A stretch of 64,000 nucleotides of DNA from Candidatus Dormiibacterota bacterium (GCA_963709585.1 CAVPXI010000014.1:428897-492896); one strand, 5' to 3'; positions 24,171 through 34,007 are shown, numbered from the stretch's first letter. A program made the numbers and translations. The notes: generated from the letters alone by a model not told the origin.

Positions 24171-24713
24171 ATGCCAGCTGCGAGCTCCCACCTCACGCGT
24201 GGCTCGGTCTGTCTAGCCCTCTATCCATTTACGCCTGGATTCCCCGTCGACGCGTTGCTGCCCAGCGCCGAGGCCGAGTTTTCCAAGCTCGCGCAATATG
24301 ACTCGATTGAGGACTTCCAAGCGGACATTGCTCCCGGCGATGTGCCGCGCATTCTGGTATCGGTCAAGCTTCGCCGGATTCTTCTCCTTCAAGACGGAAC
24401 GTCCGAATCCCGTGAGGACGTAATGGCGGCGCGCATCAACTCCGTCGATCAGGCGATGCCCACGAAGAAGCCGGGACTGTATCGGCGGCTCGTCAGCGGG
24501 ACCCACCCAATCTTCTATCTGATCGGCGGCGAAGCGAGCCATGGGACGTCGGGCAAAGCCGCATACGTCAACGCGATGTTCGTGTCTCCGGTCGCCAAGA
24601 AAGCAATTCTCCGGCGGGTGGGTCAGCTGACCCCAGACCAAATGCGTGACGTGTCAGAACGCATCGTCACCTGCCTCGAGCTGGATATCTCGGGACTGCT
24701 CTCGCGGCCTTAA
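24171..24713 (+). CDS. Putative PemK/MazF-like endoribonuclease toxin (long variant)
   Basis: RGSVCLALYPF...KLRRILLLQ...RRVGQLTPDQMRDVSERI matches the MazF layout. Confidence 0.65.
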   Translation: MPAASSHLTRGSVCLALYPFTPGFPVDALLPSAEAEFSKLAQYDSIEDFQADIAPGDVPRILVSVKLRRILLLQDGTSESREDVMAARINSVDQAMPTKKPGLYRRLVSGTHPIFYLIGGEASHGTSGKAAYVNAMFVSPVAKKAILRRVGQLTPDQMRDVSERIVTCLELDISGLLSRP

Positions 24714-24740
24714 GCACGCACCGGCTATCGGAGGGGCCGG

Positions 24741-24953
24741 TCAGGCTTTCTTGGCTTGCTCGGCGCGGCGGCGGAAGCGCTCGACCTGGCCGCCGGTGTC
24801 GACGATGCGCTGGGTCCCGGTGAAGAAGGGATGGCACACCGAGCACACCTCGGTCTTCAGCTCGGTGAGCGTCGAGCCGGTGGTGAAGGTGTTGCCGCAC
24901 AGGCAATGAACTTCAGCGTCGACGTGGTAGACGGGATGGATCGCAGCTTTCAT
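24741..24953 (-). CDS. rpmE: 50S ribosomal protein L31 (zinc-binding type)
   Basis: MKAAIHP; CxC...CxxCHPFFTG. Confidence 0.98.
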   Translation of the reverse strand: MKAAIHPVYHVDAEVHCLCGNTFTTGSTLTELKTEVCSVCHPFFTGTQRIVDTGGQVERFRRRAEQAKKA

Positions 24954-25010
24954 GGGGCGCCTTGGTTCACTCGGAAGAGACGAGTTCACGATACCACGCC
25001 CGCGACGAGC

Positions 25011-26267
25011 TCAATCCAGGGCCATCGCCACCGGCCGGGTGAAGTTGCCGTGGGTCACGCCGGGGAGCCGGTCGACCAGGTCCTGATACGCCGCCGCGAG
25101 GCCGATCCCGTCGTCGGGGAGCAACCCGCGCGCGGCCAGCACGTCGACGAGCCAGTCGTGGTCGCAGTTCAGCGAGCGCCACTGAATCTGACCCGCGCCC
25201 ATCTCCGCGACGGCGCCGGCGGTTCGGTCGAGCTCAGCGCGCGAGTTGGTCAGGCCGGGGAAGGTGAGCAGGTTCAGGCACACCTGGCCGCCGGCGCGGG
25301 ACATCACCCGGCCGCACTCGATGACGTCCTCGATCGAGTATCCGACCGGGCGGTAGTACGCGCGGAACACCGGGTCGGTGAACGAGATGGCGCTGATCCG
25401 GACGCTGTTGCAGCCCGCGTCGATGAGCCCCTGGAGCACCTGCGGGCGGCTGCCGTTCGTATTGACGTGAATGGTCGCCTCCGGATGGTCCTTGCGGATC
25501 ATCGCGACCGCTCGGGCCAGGACGTCGTCACGCGTCAGCGGTTCGCCCTCGCACCCCTGGCCGAATGACACGATCCCCGCGTCGGAACCGCCGAGATGGA
25601 ATGACGCCATGCCGGCAAGCTCGTTCGCAGTGGGCGCGAAGCGCATCCGGGGCTGCGGAGCGGGTGCCTGACCGTCGGTCTGTAGCGAGATGCAGCCGAG
25701 GCAGTCGGCGTTGCAAGCGGGCGATGCGGGCAGCGCGCCCTCGTAGCGCCGCAGGAAGGTGTTCTGTGCTGTGTAGCAGCGGAGGTCCGTGGCGCAGATG
25801 GCAAGGTGGTCGACGAGCCGGTTGCCCGGCAGCGCCTGGCGTGCGCTCTCGATCGCCGCATCGAGCCCGCCACCGGAGTACCGGCCTGGTTCCCACCAGC
25901 CGAATGCGTCGGTGCTCAGTGCCGCGACCATGAGCTCGTCGTGGTGCTCCACCACCGCCGCGTATCCATAGAGAGGAAGCCGCCGGCTCCCCGGCAGCGG
26001 GCGGGACGCGGGCAGGAGGGTGCGGAGATAGCCGACCGGGAGCACCGCGGCAACGGGGAGCAGGTCCGCCTCGACGTCGACCGGCCGATCCTTGGAGTTG
26101 AGGGCCAGCGCCCGCCGCCCCGGCAGGTGCATCAGTGTGGTGCCCTCGGGCAGTGGGATCATCTGGGCAGCGTCGAGCTTGACCAGCTTTCCCCCGGCGC
26201 GGGCTGCGGGGCGGAACCCTCCGAGGACTTCGATCTCGCCGTCGGGGCGAGCGACGATGGGGCGCAT
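25011..26267 (-). CDS. Radical SAM protein of unknown function
   Basis: CNADCLGC (CxxxCxxC); SFGQGCEGEP. Confidence 0.9.
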   Translation of the reverse strand: MRPIVARPDGEIEVLGGFRPAARAGGKLVKLDAAQMIPLPEGTTLMHLPGRRALALNSKDRPVDVEADLLPVAAVLPVGYLRTLLPASRPLPGSRRLPLYGYAAVVEHHDELMVAALSTDAFGWWEPGRYSGGGLDAAIESARQALPGNRLVDHLAICATDLRCYTAQNTFLRRYEGALPASPACNADCLGCISLQTDGQAPAPQPRMRFAPTANELAGMASFHLGGSDAGIVSFGQGCEGEPLTRDDVLARAVAMIRKDHPEATIHVNTNGSRPQVLQGLIDAGCNSVRISAISFTDPVFRAYYRPVGYSIEDVIECGRVMSRAGGQVCLNLLTFPGLTNSRAELDRTAGAVAEMGAGQIQWRSLNCDHDWLVDVLAARGLLPDDGIGLAAAYQDLVDRLPGVTHGNFTRPVAMALD

Positions 26268-26329
26268 CCCCCGATTCTCCCCCAGCGCCGCTCAGGTGAA
26301 CCTCCGGCGCGGCGAATCCAGCTCTCGGG

Positions 26330-26596
26330 CTACTTCTCGATGTAGGTGGTCACCGGGGGGATGACGCCGTGGCTCTGCATCAAGGCAACTGTTTCGGGTG
26401 AGGGCGAGTTCACCATCGCCTGCGCACCCTCCACGTCGGTGACGTCGGCGGTGATGGCGACGTTGTTGCTCCCATCGGCCGCGACGTGGTCCTTCACGTT
26501 CGTGGCGACCGAGCCAATTGCCGCGGCACGCTCGTCCTTGCCCTTGAGCCAGCGTTCAACATCGGCGACAGCGTGGGTCATGACCAGTCTGGGCAT
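26330..26596 (-). CDS. Small hypothetical protein (cyclase/dimeric alpha-beta barrel-like)
   Basis: HAVADVERW...MQSHGV pattern; AGGAGG RBS. Confidence 0.75.
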   Translation of the reverse strand: MPRLVMTHAVADVERWLKGKDERAAAIGSVATNVKDHVAADGSNNVAITADVTDVEGAQAMVNSPSPETVALMQSHGVIPPVTTYIEK

Positions 26597-26743
26597 GGCA
26601 AACCTCCTTCGGGGACCCTCGGAGGGTCTTGGCGAGGATGCCGACCCTACCGAGTGCGCGCAATTATGCGTGTTCGGCTTGGGCAAGAAACGGCCACCCG
26701 TTCGCGCACCCTGACCGACGCCTGGCCGACCCGGTTCGTCAGA

Positions 26744-27076
26744 TCAGACGGAGCGGCGCTGGCACCCACCGACAACCGCGACGGAGCCGGCGCCAATTGC
26801 GAAGAGCAGGCAGATCATCACGCCGACAATTGAGATGGTCGTGATGGCACCCACAAGGCCCGAGAGGAGCAATCCGGCGATGACCACGGCGCCCAGGAAG
26901 GTCGCCAGAGTCATCCAGTAGGTCGATGGTGTGACCCACGTCGTCCGCAACGTCCCGCTGGGTGGCTTGGAGAACATGGCGACCATGAACGCATCGGCGA
27001 CTGGGATCACCGCGGAGCCGAATCGGTCTGGGGGCGGGACTGGGGAATCGGGAACGCGCGTGAAGGCGTTGGGCAT
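26744..27076 (-). CDS. Hypothetical membrane protein
   Basis: 2-3 hydrophobic helices; TACCCT 6 nt before the ATG. Confidence 0.55.
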   Translation of the reverse strand: MPNAFTRVPDSPVPPPDRFGSAVIPVADAFMVAMFSKPPSGTLRTTWVTPSTYWMTLATFLGAVVIAGLLLSGLVGAITTISIVGVMICLLFAIGAGSVAVVGGCQRRSV

Positions 27077-27088
27077 CGACCCAGGGTA

Positions 27089-28048
27089 TTACGCGGCGGC
27101 AAGCTCGTCCGGGATCGCGGTCACAACGTAACTGGATCCGGCGCGCAGCACCCGGATGACCAGGAAGCGCTCGATCGGACCGTCGACCATGAGGCGCTGC
27201 AGGTCGCGAGGGCTCTCGATCGGCCTTCCGTCGACCTCGATGATGATGTCGCCGGGGCGAAGGCCGGCGGACTCGGCGGGGCTCCCCTTGATGACCTCGA
27301 CAACCTCGAGACCCTTGCCACGGCCGACTTCCCCCGCCCAGCGCGGCGGGATCGGACGGGAGACCCCGGCGACCCCGAGGTGCGCGCGCCGGACCCGCCC
27401 GTTGCGGACCAGCGCGCCGATGATCCGCTCGGTGGTCGCGTTGACCGGAACCGCAAGACCGAGGCCGGTGCCCGCGAGCGCGGTGTTGATTCCGACGACG
27501 CGCCCCGCCGAATCGGCGAGCGCACCCCCCGAGTTGCCGGGGTTGAGCGCGGCGTCGGTCTGGATCACGTCGTCGATGACCCGGACCTGGGAGCCGGACC
27601 GGGTGGGCAGCGACCGGCCGAGGGCGCTCACGACGCCCGCCGTGACGCTGCCGGCAAGGCCGAGAGGATTGCCGATGGCCACCACCAACTGACCAACCCG
27701 GAGCGTGGACGCGTCGCCGAGCCGCGCGGGCTCAAGATCTCCGTGTTCGGCGACCAGCACCGCGAGGTCGGAGAGCGGGTCCCGCCCCTGAACGCGGAAG
27801 CGAAGCTGGCGCCCGTCGGCGAGGTCGAGCCTGCCGCCGTCGCCTCCGGCGACCACGTGTGCGGAGGTGACCAGGTAGCCGTCGGAGCTCAGCGCAACCG
27901 CCGATCCACTCCCGAGCGGGGCGCCGCGCCTCGCGCTCGAGGTGACCTGCACCGCCGCGACCGACGGCGCGAGCGCCGCGGCTACCTGGGTGAGCGTGCG
28001 CGAGTACGCGTCGAGCGCCTCGCCGTCATCGCTCGGGTCAGGCGACAT
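27089..28048 (-). CDS. HtrA/S1C serine protease with PDZ domain, no signal or TM
   Basis: Intact triad TSAHV, SDLAV, GNSGG; C-terminal GSPAESAGLRPGD. Confidence 0.93.
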   Translation of the reverse strand: MSPDPSDDGEALDAYSRTLTQVAAALAPSVAAVQVTSSARRGAPLGSGSAVALSSDGYLVTSAHVVAGGDGGRLDLADGRQLRFRVQGRDPLSDLAVLVAEHGDLEPARLGDASTLRVGQLVVAIGNPLGLAGSVTAGVVSALGRSLPTRSGSQVRVIDDVIQTDAALNPGNSGGALADSAGRVVGINTALAGTGLGLAVPVNATTERIIGALVRNGRVRRAHLGVAGVSRPIPPRWAGEVGRGKGLEVVEVIKGSPAESAGLRPGDIIIEVDGRPIESPRDLQRLMVDGPIERFLVIRVLRAGSSYVVTAIPDELAAA

Positions 28049-28577
28049 CGGGACCTTCGGCCCGCGCCTTCTGGACGGCAGTCAGCGCACCGCGCAGGCT
28101 CTCGATCCACTCGGATTGATGCTGTCCCACGAGGCGCACGCACCAGGCCAGCGCTTCACTACGACTGCGGGCGACGCCCGATTCGATCAGGGTGTCGAGC
28201 ACCCGGCGGTCCTGGAGCCGGAGCCGGGTCATGACCGGGACCCCGAGGGTGGTGAACAACTCTTCGACGCCGCCGCAGCGGGCTCCCCAGGAGACCTTGC
28301 GACCGAAGAGGCGCTCGGCGTCACGGGCGACCTTGACGCGGGCATCGCGGGTGTCGCCCCGGAAGCGCGCGATCCGGGCGCTGCGAGCAGCGGCGCGGGT
28401 GCCTTCGGCGGCGTCAGCGGGCAACTCGGGTTCGTCGATCTCGCCGACGATCAGGATCTCGTCGGGATCGGAGCTGATGGTTGGGGCAGACTTGTAGAGC
28501 CCCTCGGGCAGGCGGCCGGCGAACCAGCCGGAGACTTCCTCGTCGGTGAGCGGGTCGGGAGTGCTGTGTCCTTTCAT
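28038..28577 (-). CDS. Conserved hypothetical protein with RHH-like C-terminus
   Basis: PVMTRL...LDTLIESGVARSRSEALAWCV; overlaps the protease start. Confidence 0.75.
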   Translation of the reverse strand: MKGHSTPDPLTDEEVSGWFAGRLPEGLYKSAPTISSDPDEILIVGEIDEPELPADAAEGTRAAARSARIARFRGDTRDARVKVARDAERLFGRKVSWGARCGGVEELFTTLGVPVMTRLRLQDRRVLDTLIESGVARSRSEALAWCVRLVGQHQSEWIESLRGALTAVQKARAEGPDVA

Positions 28578-28746
28578 GGATTACATGATTACACAGACGA
28601 GCGTGATCGGCGGCGCTCGTCTATTCGTCGCTGACTTGTCGTTCCATCCCTTTTTGCGCAGATAGGGGTCCTCGCGGCCCCGAGGGCTGGTCCACCCGCT
28701 ACTATGGGCAAGTATCCCCACACCGTAGAAGGATCTGCACGCCGTC

Positions 28747-29725
28747 ATGTCCAACCGGAAGAGCCCCACTCGCGGGACCGCCTCGGGGTCGCGGTTCTCT
28801 GTTATGGAGTTCGTGGCCGAGTTCCCCGACAACAACGCGTGCATGGCCCACCTGTGGCGCACCCGCTACTCGCGTGATGGCGAGCATGCCGTGTGCCCCA
28901 GGTGCGGGGTGGAGCGGTCCTTCCGCAAGTACTCCAATGGGGACGGTCGCCAGTCCTGGACCTGCACCCACTGCGGACGCCACGTCCATCCCACAGCCGG
29001 GACCATCTTCCACAAGTCGTCCACGTCCCTCCACCTCTGGTACTACGCGCTGTTCCTCATCACAAGCACCCGATGTGGTGTCTCCGCGAAGCAGCTCGAA
29101 CGCGAGCTTGGCGTCACCTACAAGACCGCTTGGCGGATGTTCAACGTCATCCGCAACTCCCTCATGTCGCAGGACAATCTCACGGTCGTCCTCGATGGCA
29201 AGGTCGAGATGGACGAAACCTACCTCACCCGTCAGCGCCGCCTCTCGGACGGCCCCGGCCAGCATGGCCGTAGTCTCAACGAGCGCGTCGTCATGGGTGC
29301 AGTCGAGCGTCAGGGCAAGGTCGTCGTCAAATACGTCCCCGCTGCCACCTGATCGAAGCGGCGCGACTCGCTCGCGTTCACATGCTCCCGTCCTCGACGA
29401 TCTTCACCGACGAGTTCCGCATTTTCGGCAACCTCGAAGGTCTTGAGGTGGCGTCGCACTATCGGGTCAAGCACCCGGCCAAGGTCTACGCGATGGCGAC
29501 GTCCACACCCAGACCATCGAGCGGTTCTGGTCGCTCGTCAAAGGTGGGCTGCGTGGCGTCTACCGTTCGGTATCGACCAAGTGGCTCCAGTCCTACCTTG
29601 ACGAGTACGCGTGGCGCTACAACCATCGCGAGTTCACCCCTCGGATCCGTGGTGTGCGCCGCGTTCCCGTTGGAGAGGCGAAGTTCCGCCTCCTTCTGGC
29701 GCTGGCTTGCCGTCCGACAAACTGA
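28747..29725 (+). pseudogene. IS1595-family transposase, interrupted (~29350, ~29490)
   Basis: CPRC..CTHC zinc ribbon; GVTYKTAWRM HTH; VEMDETY, IFTDE, HTQTIE.FW and YLDEYAWRYN across three frames. Confidence 0.9.
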
Positions 29726-29857
29726 GTATCGTCGAGAACATCCCAGCGCCTCGGAGTTGAAAAATCGCCCAACGCGCAGGGTTCAGAGAGCGTAAGGTTC
29801 CCCGCCGGTAGGTCGACGGCCCTTGGAAGAGGATTCGGTAGCGCAGGAGGGTCAATC

Positions 29858-30073
29858 ATGCCAATCAGAACTCCTATCAATACGGGGTTGCCCACCCGAC
29901 CAAACGTGACGACTCCCTTGGCTGCTGCTCCGCTTTTCCTCACGGGAATTGGCGATGAAACCTGGGCTTGCTGGCATTGCAGGACCGTACTGGCGGTCGA
30001 CCTGCAACCGCGCCAAATCCAGGCCCTGAGCCTTGAGTGCGTGGCCTGTGGCGCCAGGAATGGGTTCGAGTAG
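29858..30073 (+). CDS. Small zinc-ribbon passenger protein
   Basis: CWHC...CVAC; AGGAGG RBS. Confidence 0.6.
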   Translation: MPIRTPINTGLPTRPNVTTPLAAAPLFLTGIGDETWACWHCRTVLAVDLQPRQIQALSLECVACGARNGFE

Positions 30074-30075
30074 GA

Positions 30076-30231
30076 CTAGGACTTCGGCGCGCGCGGCTTC
30101 TTGCGGTATCTCGGCAGCGGGGCCGGAGCCTTGAGCAGTTTGTCCAGGTTGGCCTCGAACTCGCCGCGCGTCGGGATCGGGATCTTCAGTCCCTTCGGCG
30201 TGTACTGCTCGGTAGGTTCTGACTTGGCCAC
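30076..30231 (-). CDS. 51-aa basic passenger protein (below the ORF-track cutoff)
   Basis: GTG-start frame MAKSEPTEQYTPKGLKIPIPTRGEFEANLDKLLKAPAPLPRYRKKPRAPKS*; strong GC3 bias. Confidence 0.6.
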   Translation of the reverse strand: MAKSEPTEQYTPKGLKIPIPTRGEFEANLDKLLKAPAPLPRYRKKPRAPKS

Positions 30232-30249
30232 GAACCGAGAATAGCGCGT

Positions 30250-30840
30250 TTGGTCGCGATGGCACGAACACGTCAGTCACGAACACGTCAGTCACGAACA
30301 CTCACCCCTTGGACTTCTCGGCTTTTCAGCGCCGAGGCAATGGCGCGGTGTCGAGATGGGCTGATCGCAGGTGGTTTGCTTAACGAAGGGCTCCACGCAG
30401 TCAACAGCGACATCGTTTGGTTTGCGCTACGGTCAATCCTCATCGCCGCCGCCTCGCTCTCGCAGTTGACCGGAGGGAGGACTGGACCGAAGCGAGCCGA
30501 ACGCGCGTCACTCCGCACCGCTCTGGGAGTTGGCGATCATTCCGTCCTGCACCAGCGCGCCGTCAGGGACGGGGCGGAACACATTGACGACAGGATCCTG
30601 CGTCGCGTTGGGTCGGGCGAGTTGGTCAACTACTTCGGGTACAACATCGGCCCCAAGGGGTTTATCAACGTCGAACCACCGCAGAAGTCCCTCCTCCACT
30701 TCGATCCCGGGTCCGGGGTCGTCTCCTTCTGGGACGACGAGGTATCCATACCGGAAATACTTACCGAGATACGGCGCATCCTCCCGCTCGCTGAGGCGGC
30801 GTTTCTCCAGCCAATCGACATCCCCAGTCCGCAAGGTTAG
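30250..30840 (+). CDS. Passenger protein with a HEPN-like Rx4H motif (start uncertain)
   Basis: Helical-looking protein with VRDGAEHIDDR. Confidence 0.55.
   Translation: MVAMARTRQSRTRQSRTLTPWTSRLFSAEAMARCRDGLIAGGLLNEGLHAVNSDIVWFALRSILIAAASLSQLTGGRTGPKRAERASLRTALGVGDHSVLHQRAVRDGAEHIDDRILRRVGSGELVNYFGYNIGPKGFINVEPPQKSLLHFDPGSGVVSFWDDEVSIPEILTEIRRILPLAEAAFLQPIDIPSPQG
30263..30301 (+). repeat. 15-bp tandem repeat CACGAACACGTCAGT x2.6
   Basis: Direct reading of the sequence. Confidence 0.9.
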
Positions 30841-31466
30841 GGCCGGCTGCCAGTGGCACTCCGTTGCGCCGTCGCGATTGCAGTCGCAATGCTCCTCATG
30901 GTTCTCTAGCCACTCCTCGCGAAGGTCGTCCCTGAGCATGGCGATGAGGGGCTTCGCCTCCCGCAGGTTCACGGAGCGCTACCCTCCCAAGCAGCCCAAT
31001 CAGAGGGCGTGCTTCTACGGTAACGGGATAGTTGCCGTACTGTGGTTGTACCGATGAGTTCGTCGCGCTGCGAGATCGGCATTTGGACTGCCGACCCCTG
31101 CGTGACCACGCCGGGAGCGACGTTCACCGAGCCGATCACGCTCGTTCCACAACGGGTCGGTGGGCGACACGCTTCCCGCAGCGCCAGTCGTCTCCAAGAC
31201 CCAAGACTTTCAACATCCCGGACCGGCCGTCGGCAGACATCGTCGAGTGCAACTTGTCAACCCAGCCAATGGGAATGGCCCTCCGTTGGGTGCGTGGTGG
31301 GACGGCACGGATCCTTCAACGGCTTGGTTGTGAACATCCCCATCCGGCTTTGACCATTCCATTCTGCAGTGCGTCATGTACGAGGTCGCCTGCAACACAG
31401 AATGGTTCAGTCGGCTTGTGCAGCTTTGGGTAGGCGCCGCACCTTTGCAGTCGTTAGACTCGGACC

Positions 31467-33090
31467 GTGAGTTTCTTGAGGCGCGCCCTCACGAGCGCAG
31501 CCTTCAGAGCAGTGCTGGTACCTGCCATCGTGAGCGCAATCACACTGCGCTCGTTGGTGAGCCCTGGATACCTGGTTCAAGTTGACATAGCGTTCGGACC
31601 TCGAGTTCCGCAAATTGCTTGGTCGATGTACACTCCGGTCCAGTTGGTATTTAACGCTCTCCAACACCTCATTGGCGGCCAGGGAGCGGGCCGCGTCTAC
31701 GTCTTTGGGGCTCTGTTTCTTTGCGGCTTTGCCGCCATGACGTTGCTCAGCGACCACGCGTGGTGGGTTCAGTGCACTGTCGGTGTCCTCGCCATGCTCA
31801 ACCCGTTCGTCTACGACCGCCTCGTCGAAGGCCAGTGGGGTGTCGTCGCGGCGACAGCCGGACTATTTCTCTTCATGGCGGCGTGGTGGCGGTTGGGAGA
31901 CCAGCCGGGGCCTTTGAGCGCGGCAGGGGTCATTGCCGCCGGACTGTTTACGCTCATGTTCAGCGCAGACTTCGCCGGCATTCTCTTGGTATTGGCCGCC
32001 GGACTAGCAGCGTTTAACAGCAAATGGCGAGTCTCCGCGATTCCGACGGTGGGCGATCGCTTCCTATGCGGGGGTGTTGTTGCTAAGCCTCTACGGGGTC
32101 ATTCCGTTTTTCATTGGTCATGGTCCGGGCACGTATCAGGCGGTGAGCGCCTTCAGCGGAGCTGACTTCGCTGCCTTCCAATCGACCCCAGCACCGGGCG
32201 TAGGAGGCTTCGGCGTGCTGCCTGCGCTTCTCGGCCTCTATGGCGAGTGGAGTGAGCGACTCTTTAGGTACCCCGTAGCCGACATCGAATTCAGTTGGTG
32301 GATTCTTCCCTCTACCTTCCTGGTGCTCCTAGCCGTGATCGGGGCATCTGTTGCTCCGCGTCGCGCGTGGCTGATCCTGGTGGGCGCGATCGGAGTCGCC
32401 ATAAGCGCCAGCACTGCGGCGCCGGCAGGACAACGAGCCGCGACAACTCTCGCATCGCACTTCCCCCTTTTCGCGGCATATCGGGAGCCGCAAAAATGGG
32501 ACTCACTGTGGCTGATTGCACTTGTAGTGCTCGGATCAGAGGCGATCGCTTGGTTTGGGGGCTGGCTGCGGGTCCGGCGCGGGGGGGTAAGCACAGGGGG
32601 GCCGCTGCTGGCCGCGCTAACCGCTGCCGCTGCACTCATTCCGGCAGGGGCGGTCGCGGCGGGTTCCACGGCCAACATCGTGGCTCCGGTGGAATATCCC
32701 TCAGGGTGGTATCAAGCTGCCGACTACATGACGGCCGCCATACCAGCTGACGCCCTAGTTGCGGTGCTGCCTTGGCACCTCTACGAAGCGTTGCCCTTCA
32801 TCGGCCGGCAAACGAACGATCCCGCCACGGTTTTCTTTCCCGGGAACCTTCTAACATCACAGAGCGCTGAACTGCCCGGGGAGCCGCTAGACGGCCCCGT
32901 GGGAGCGGCATCGTCGGCGCCAGATGGCTGCGCCCTTGCAACCGCTTTGCCTTCCGTCGGAGCTCATTGGGCTCTGGTGTTAGGCAACCTGCCCGACGGT
33001 CTGGCTGCCCTGAGTACTCTTGAACGCTGCGGTTTCACCGTGCGCTATACGGCCCACGACGTGTCTCTGCTTTACGACCCCTTGCACTAG
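31467..33090 (+). CDS. Multi-TM GT-C-like membrane protein (Rv0226c-like); frameshift at ~32042
   Basis: LNPFVYDRLVEGQW, YREPQKW, PVEYPSGW and VAVLPW motifs; two overlapping ORFs. Confidence 0.7.
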
Positions 33091-33109
33091 CGTTGGCGAC
33101 CCCTCCGGG

Positions 33110-33790
33110 TCATATGTTGCAGGTGTTGCTGTGGCCAGCTGTATTTCCGGATCCGGAAAACATGGGGTTGTGATTGCACGTGGCATTGTGTCCGACTGTG
33201 TTGTCGTCCACGGTCGTCAAGCCTGTGTCGTGCTCGATGATCAGGTTGTGGCCGACATGATTATTCGAAACGTCGACCCTACCTTTTGCGGACGTCACTT
33301 GGAGGTCGTTGGCAACGGAATCCGACTCGATGCGCACTGAACCCGTTGCACCCTCAATTTCGATCTCATGACCCACATGTGTATCGATGATTGTGACCAT
33401 CTCTGGAACTGCGTCGGCGTTGATGTCGTTGCCGACTGTCGCGAAGCTCCCCTCGTAACCGGTTGTCCCGCGGATGTTCAAGGTCGCCCGCTTGTCGGCG
33501 TTAATATTGTGACCAACGTTTGCCCCGAGGTCATTCAGTGTCGCGTCGGATTCCACTGTGACGTCGGAGTCAACCTTCACCGACGAGCCGATCGTGCAGG
33601 TGCGACCTTTCTCGACCTCAACGGCGTGGTACTCGCCAGGCGCAAGGGTGCCACTGCAGTGCGTGGTCCCACTCGCGTTGACAAGAGTTAAGGGCCCGAG
33701 TGGCGAGTGACCTGTGGCCGTAAACGCGCCCACACCCAGCATCAACGCAATGCCAGCCGTGACGGGCTTACGGACGAACCTCGCTCTCAA
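33110..33790 (-). CDS. Secreted beta-solenoid-like protein
   Basis: N-terminal signal-like segment; recurring VG(H/N)(N/D/E)(I/L) units; AAGGAAAGGG upstream. Confidence 0.65.
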   Translation of the reverse strand: MRARFVRKPVTAGIALMLGVGAFTATGHSPLGPLTLVNASGTTHCSGTLAPGEYHAVEVEKGRTCTIGSSVKVDSDVTVESDATLNDLGANVGHNINADKRATLNIRGTTGYEGSFATVGNDINADAVPEMVTIIDTHVGHEIEIEGATGSVRIESDSVANDLQVTSAKGRVDVSNNHVGHNLIIEHDTGLTTVDDNTVGHNATCNHNPMFSGSGNTAGHSNTCNI

Positions 33791-34007
33791 CTTAACAACA
33801 TCCCTTTCCTTGCGGCGGTGCTAGCACGTCGATCACGCAACCTACCACGTCTTTGTATTGGGGGTCAAGCCTTGACTGGTGCTTTAGCAGCGCTCAAAGC
33901 GTATGCGTCGTTTGGCTCTTTTAGCGCGGTTGACACGGCCCTTTAGACCGGTCTACCGTTGCGACGACAGCGCGACCGGACAGGGGCGAAGGGAGATACA
34001 CGGAGGG

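Larger units (their letters stand above)
28707..31036 (+). mobile_element. IS1595-family element with passenger genes (2330 bp)
   Basis: Imperfect 25-bp TIRs GGCAAGTATCCCCACACCGTAGAAG and rc GGCAACTATCCCGTTACCGTAGAAG; flanks CTACTATG/GTACTGTG (6/8, degenerate 8-bp TSD). Confidence 0.85.

Noticed and set aside
30508-30972. Additional minus-strand passenger ORF with a His/Cys-rich start
   Set aside because: Mostly overlaps the better-supported HEPN-like ORF; a short real gene at 30840-30972 cannot be excluded or supported
31146-31460. ncRNA, tRNA or small gene upstream of the glycan island
   Set aside because: No cloverleaf, riboswitch or coding signature recognisable by eye
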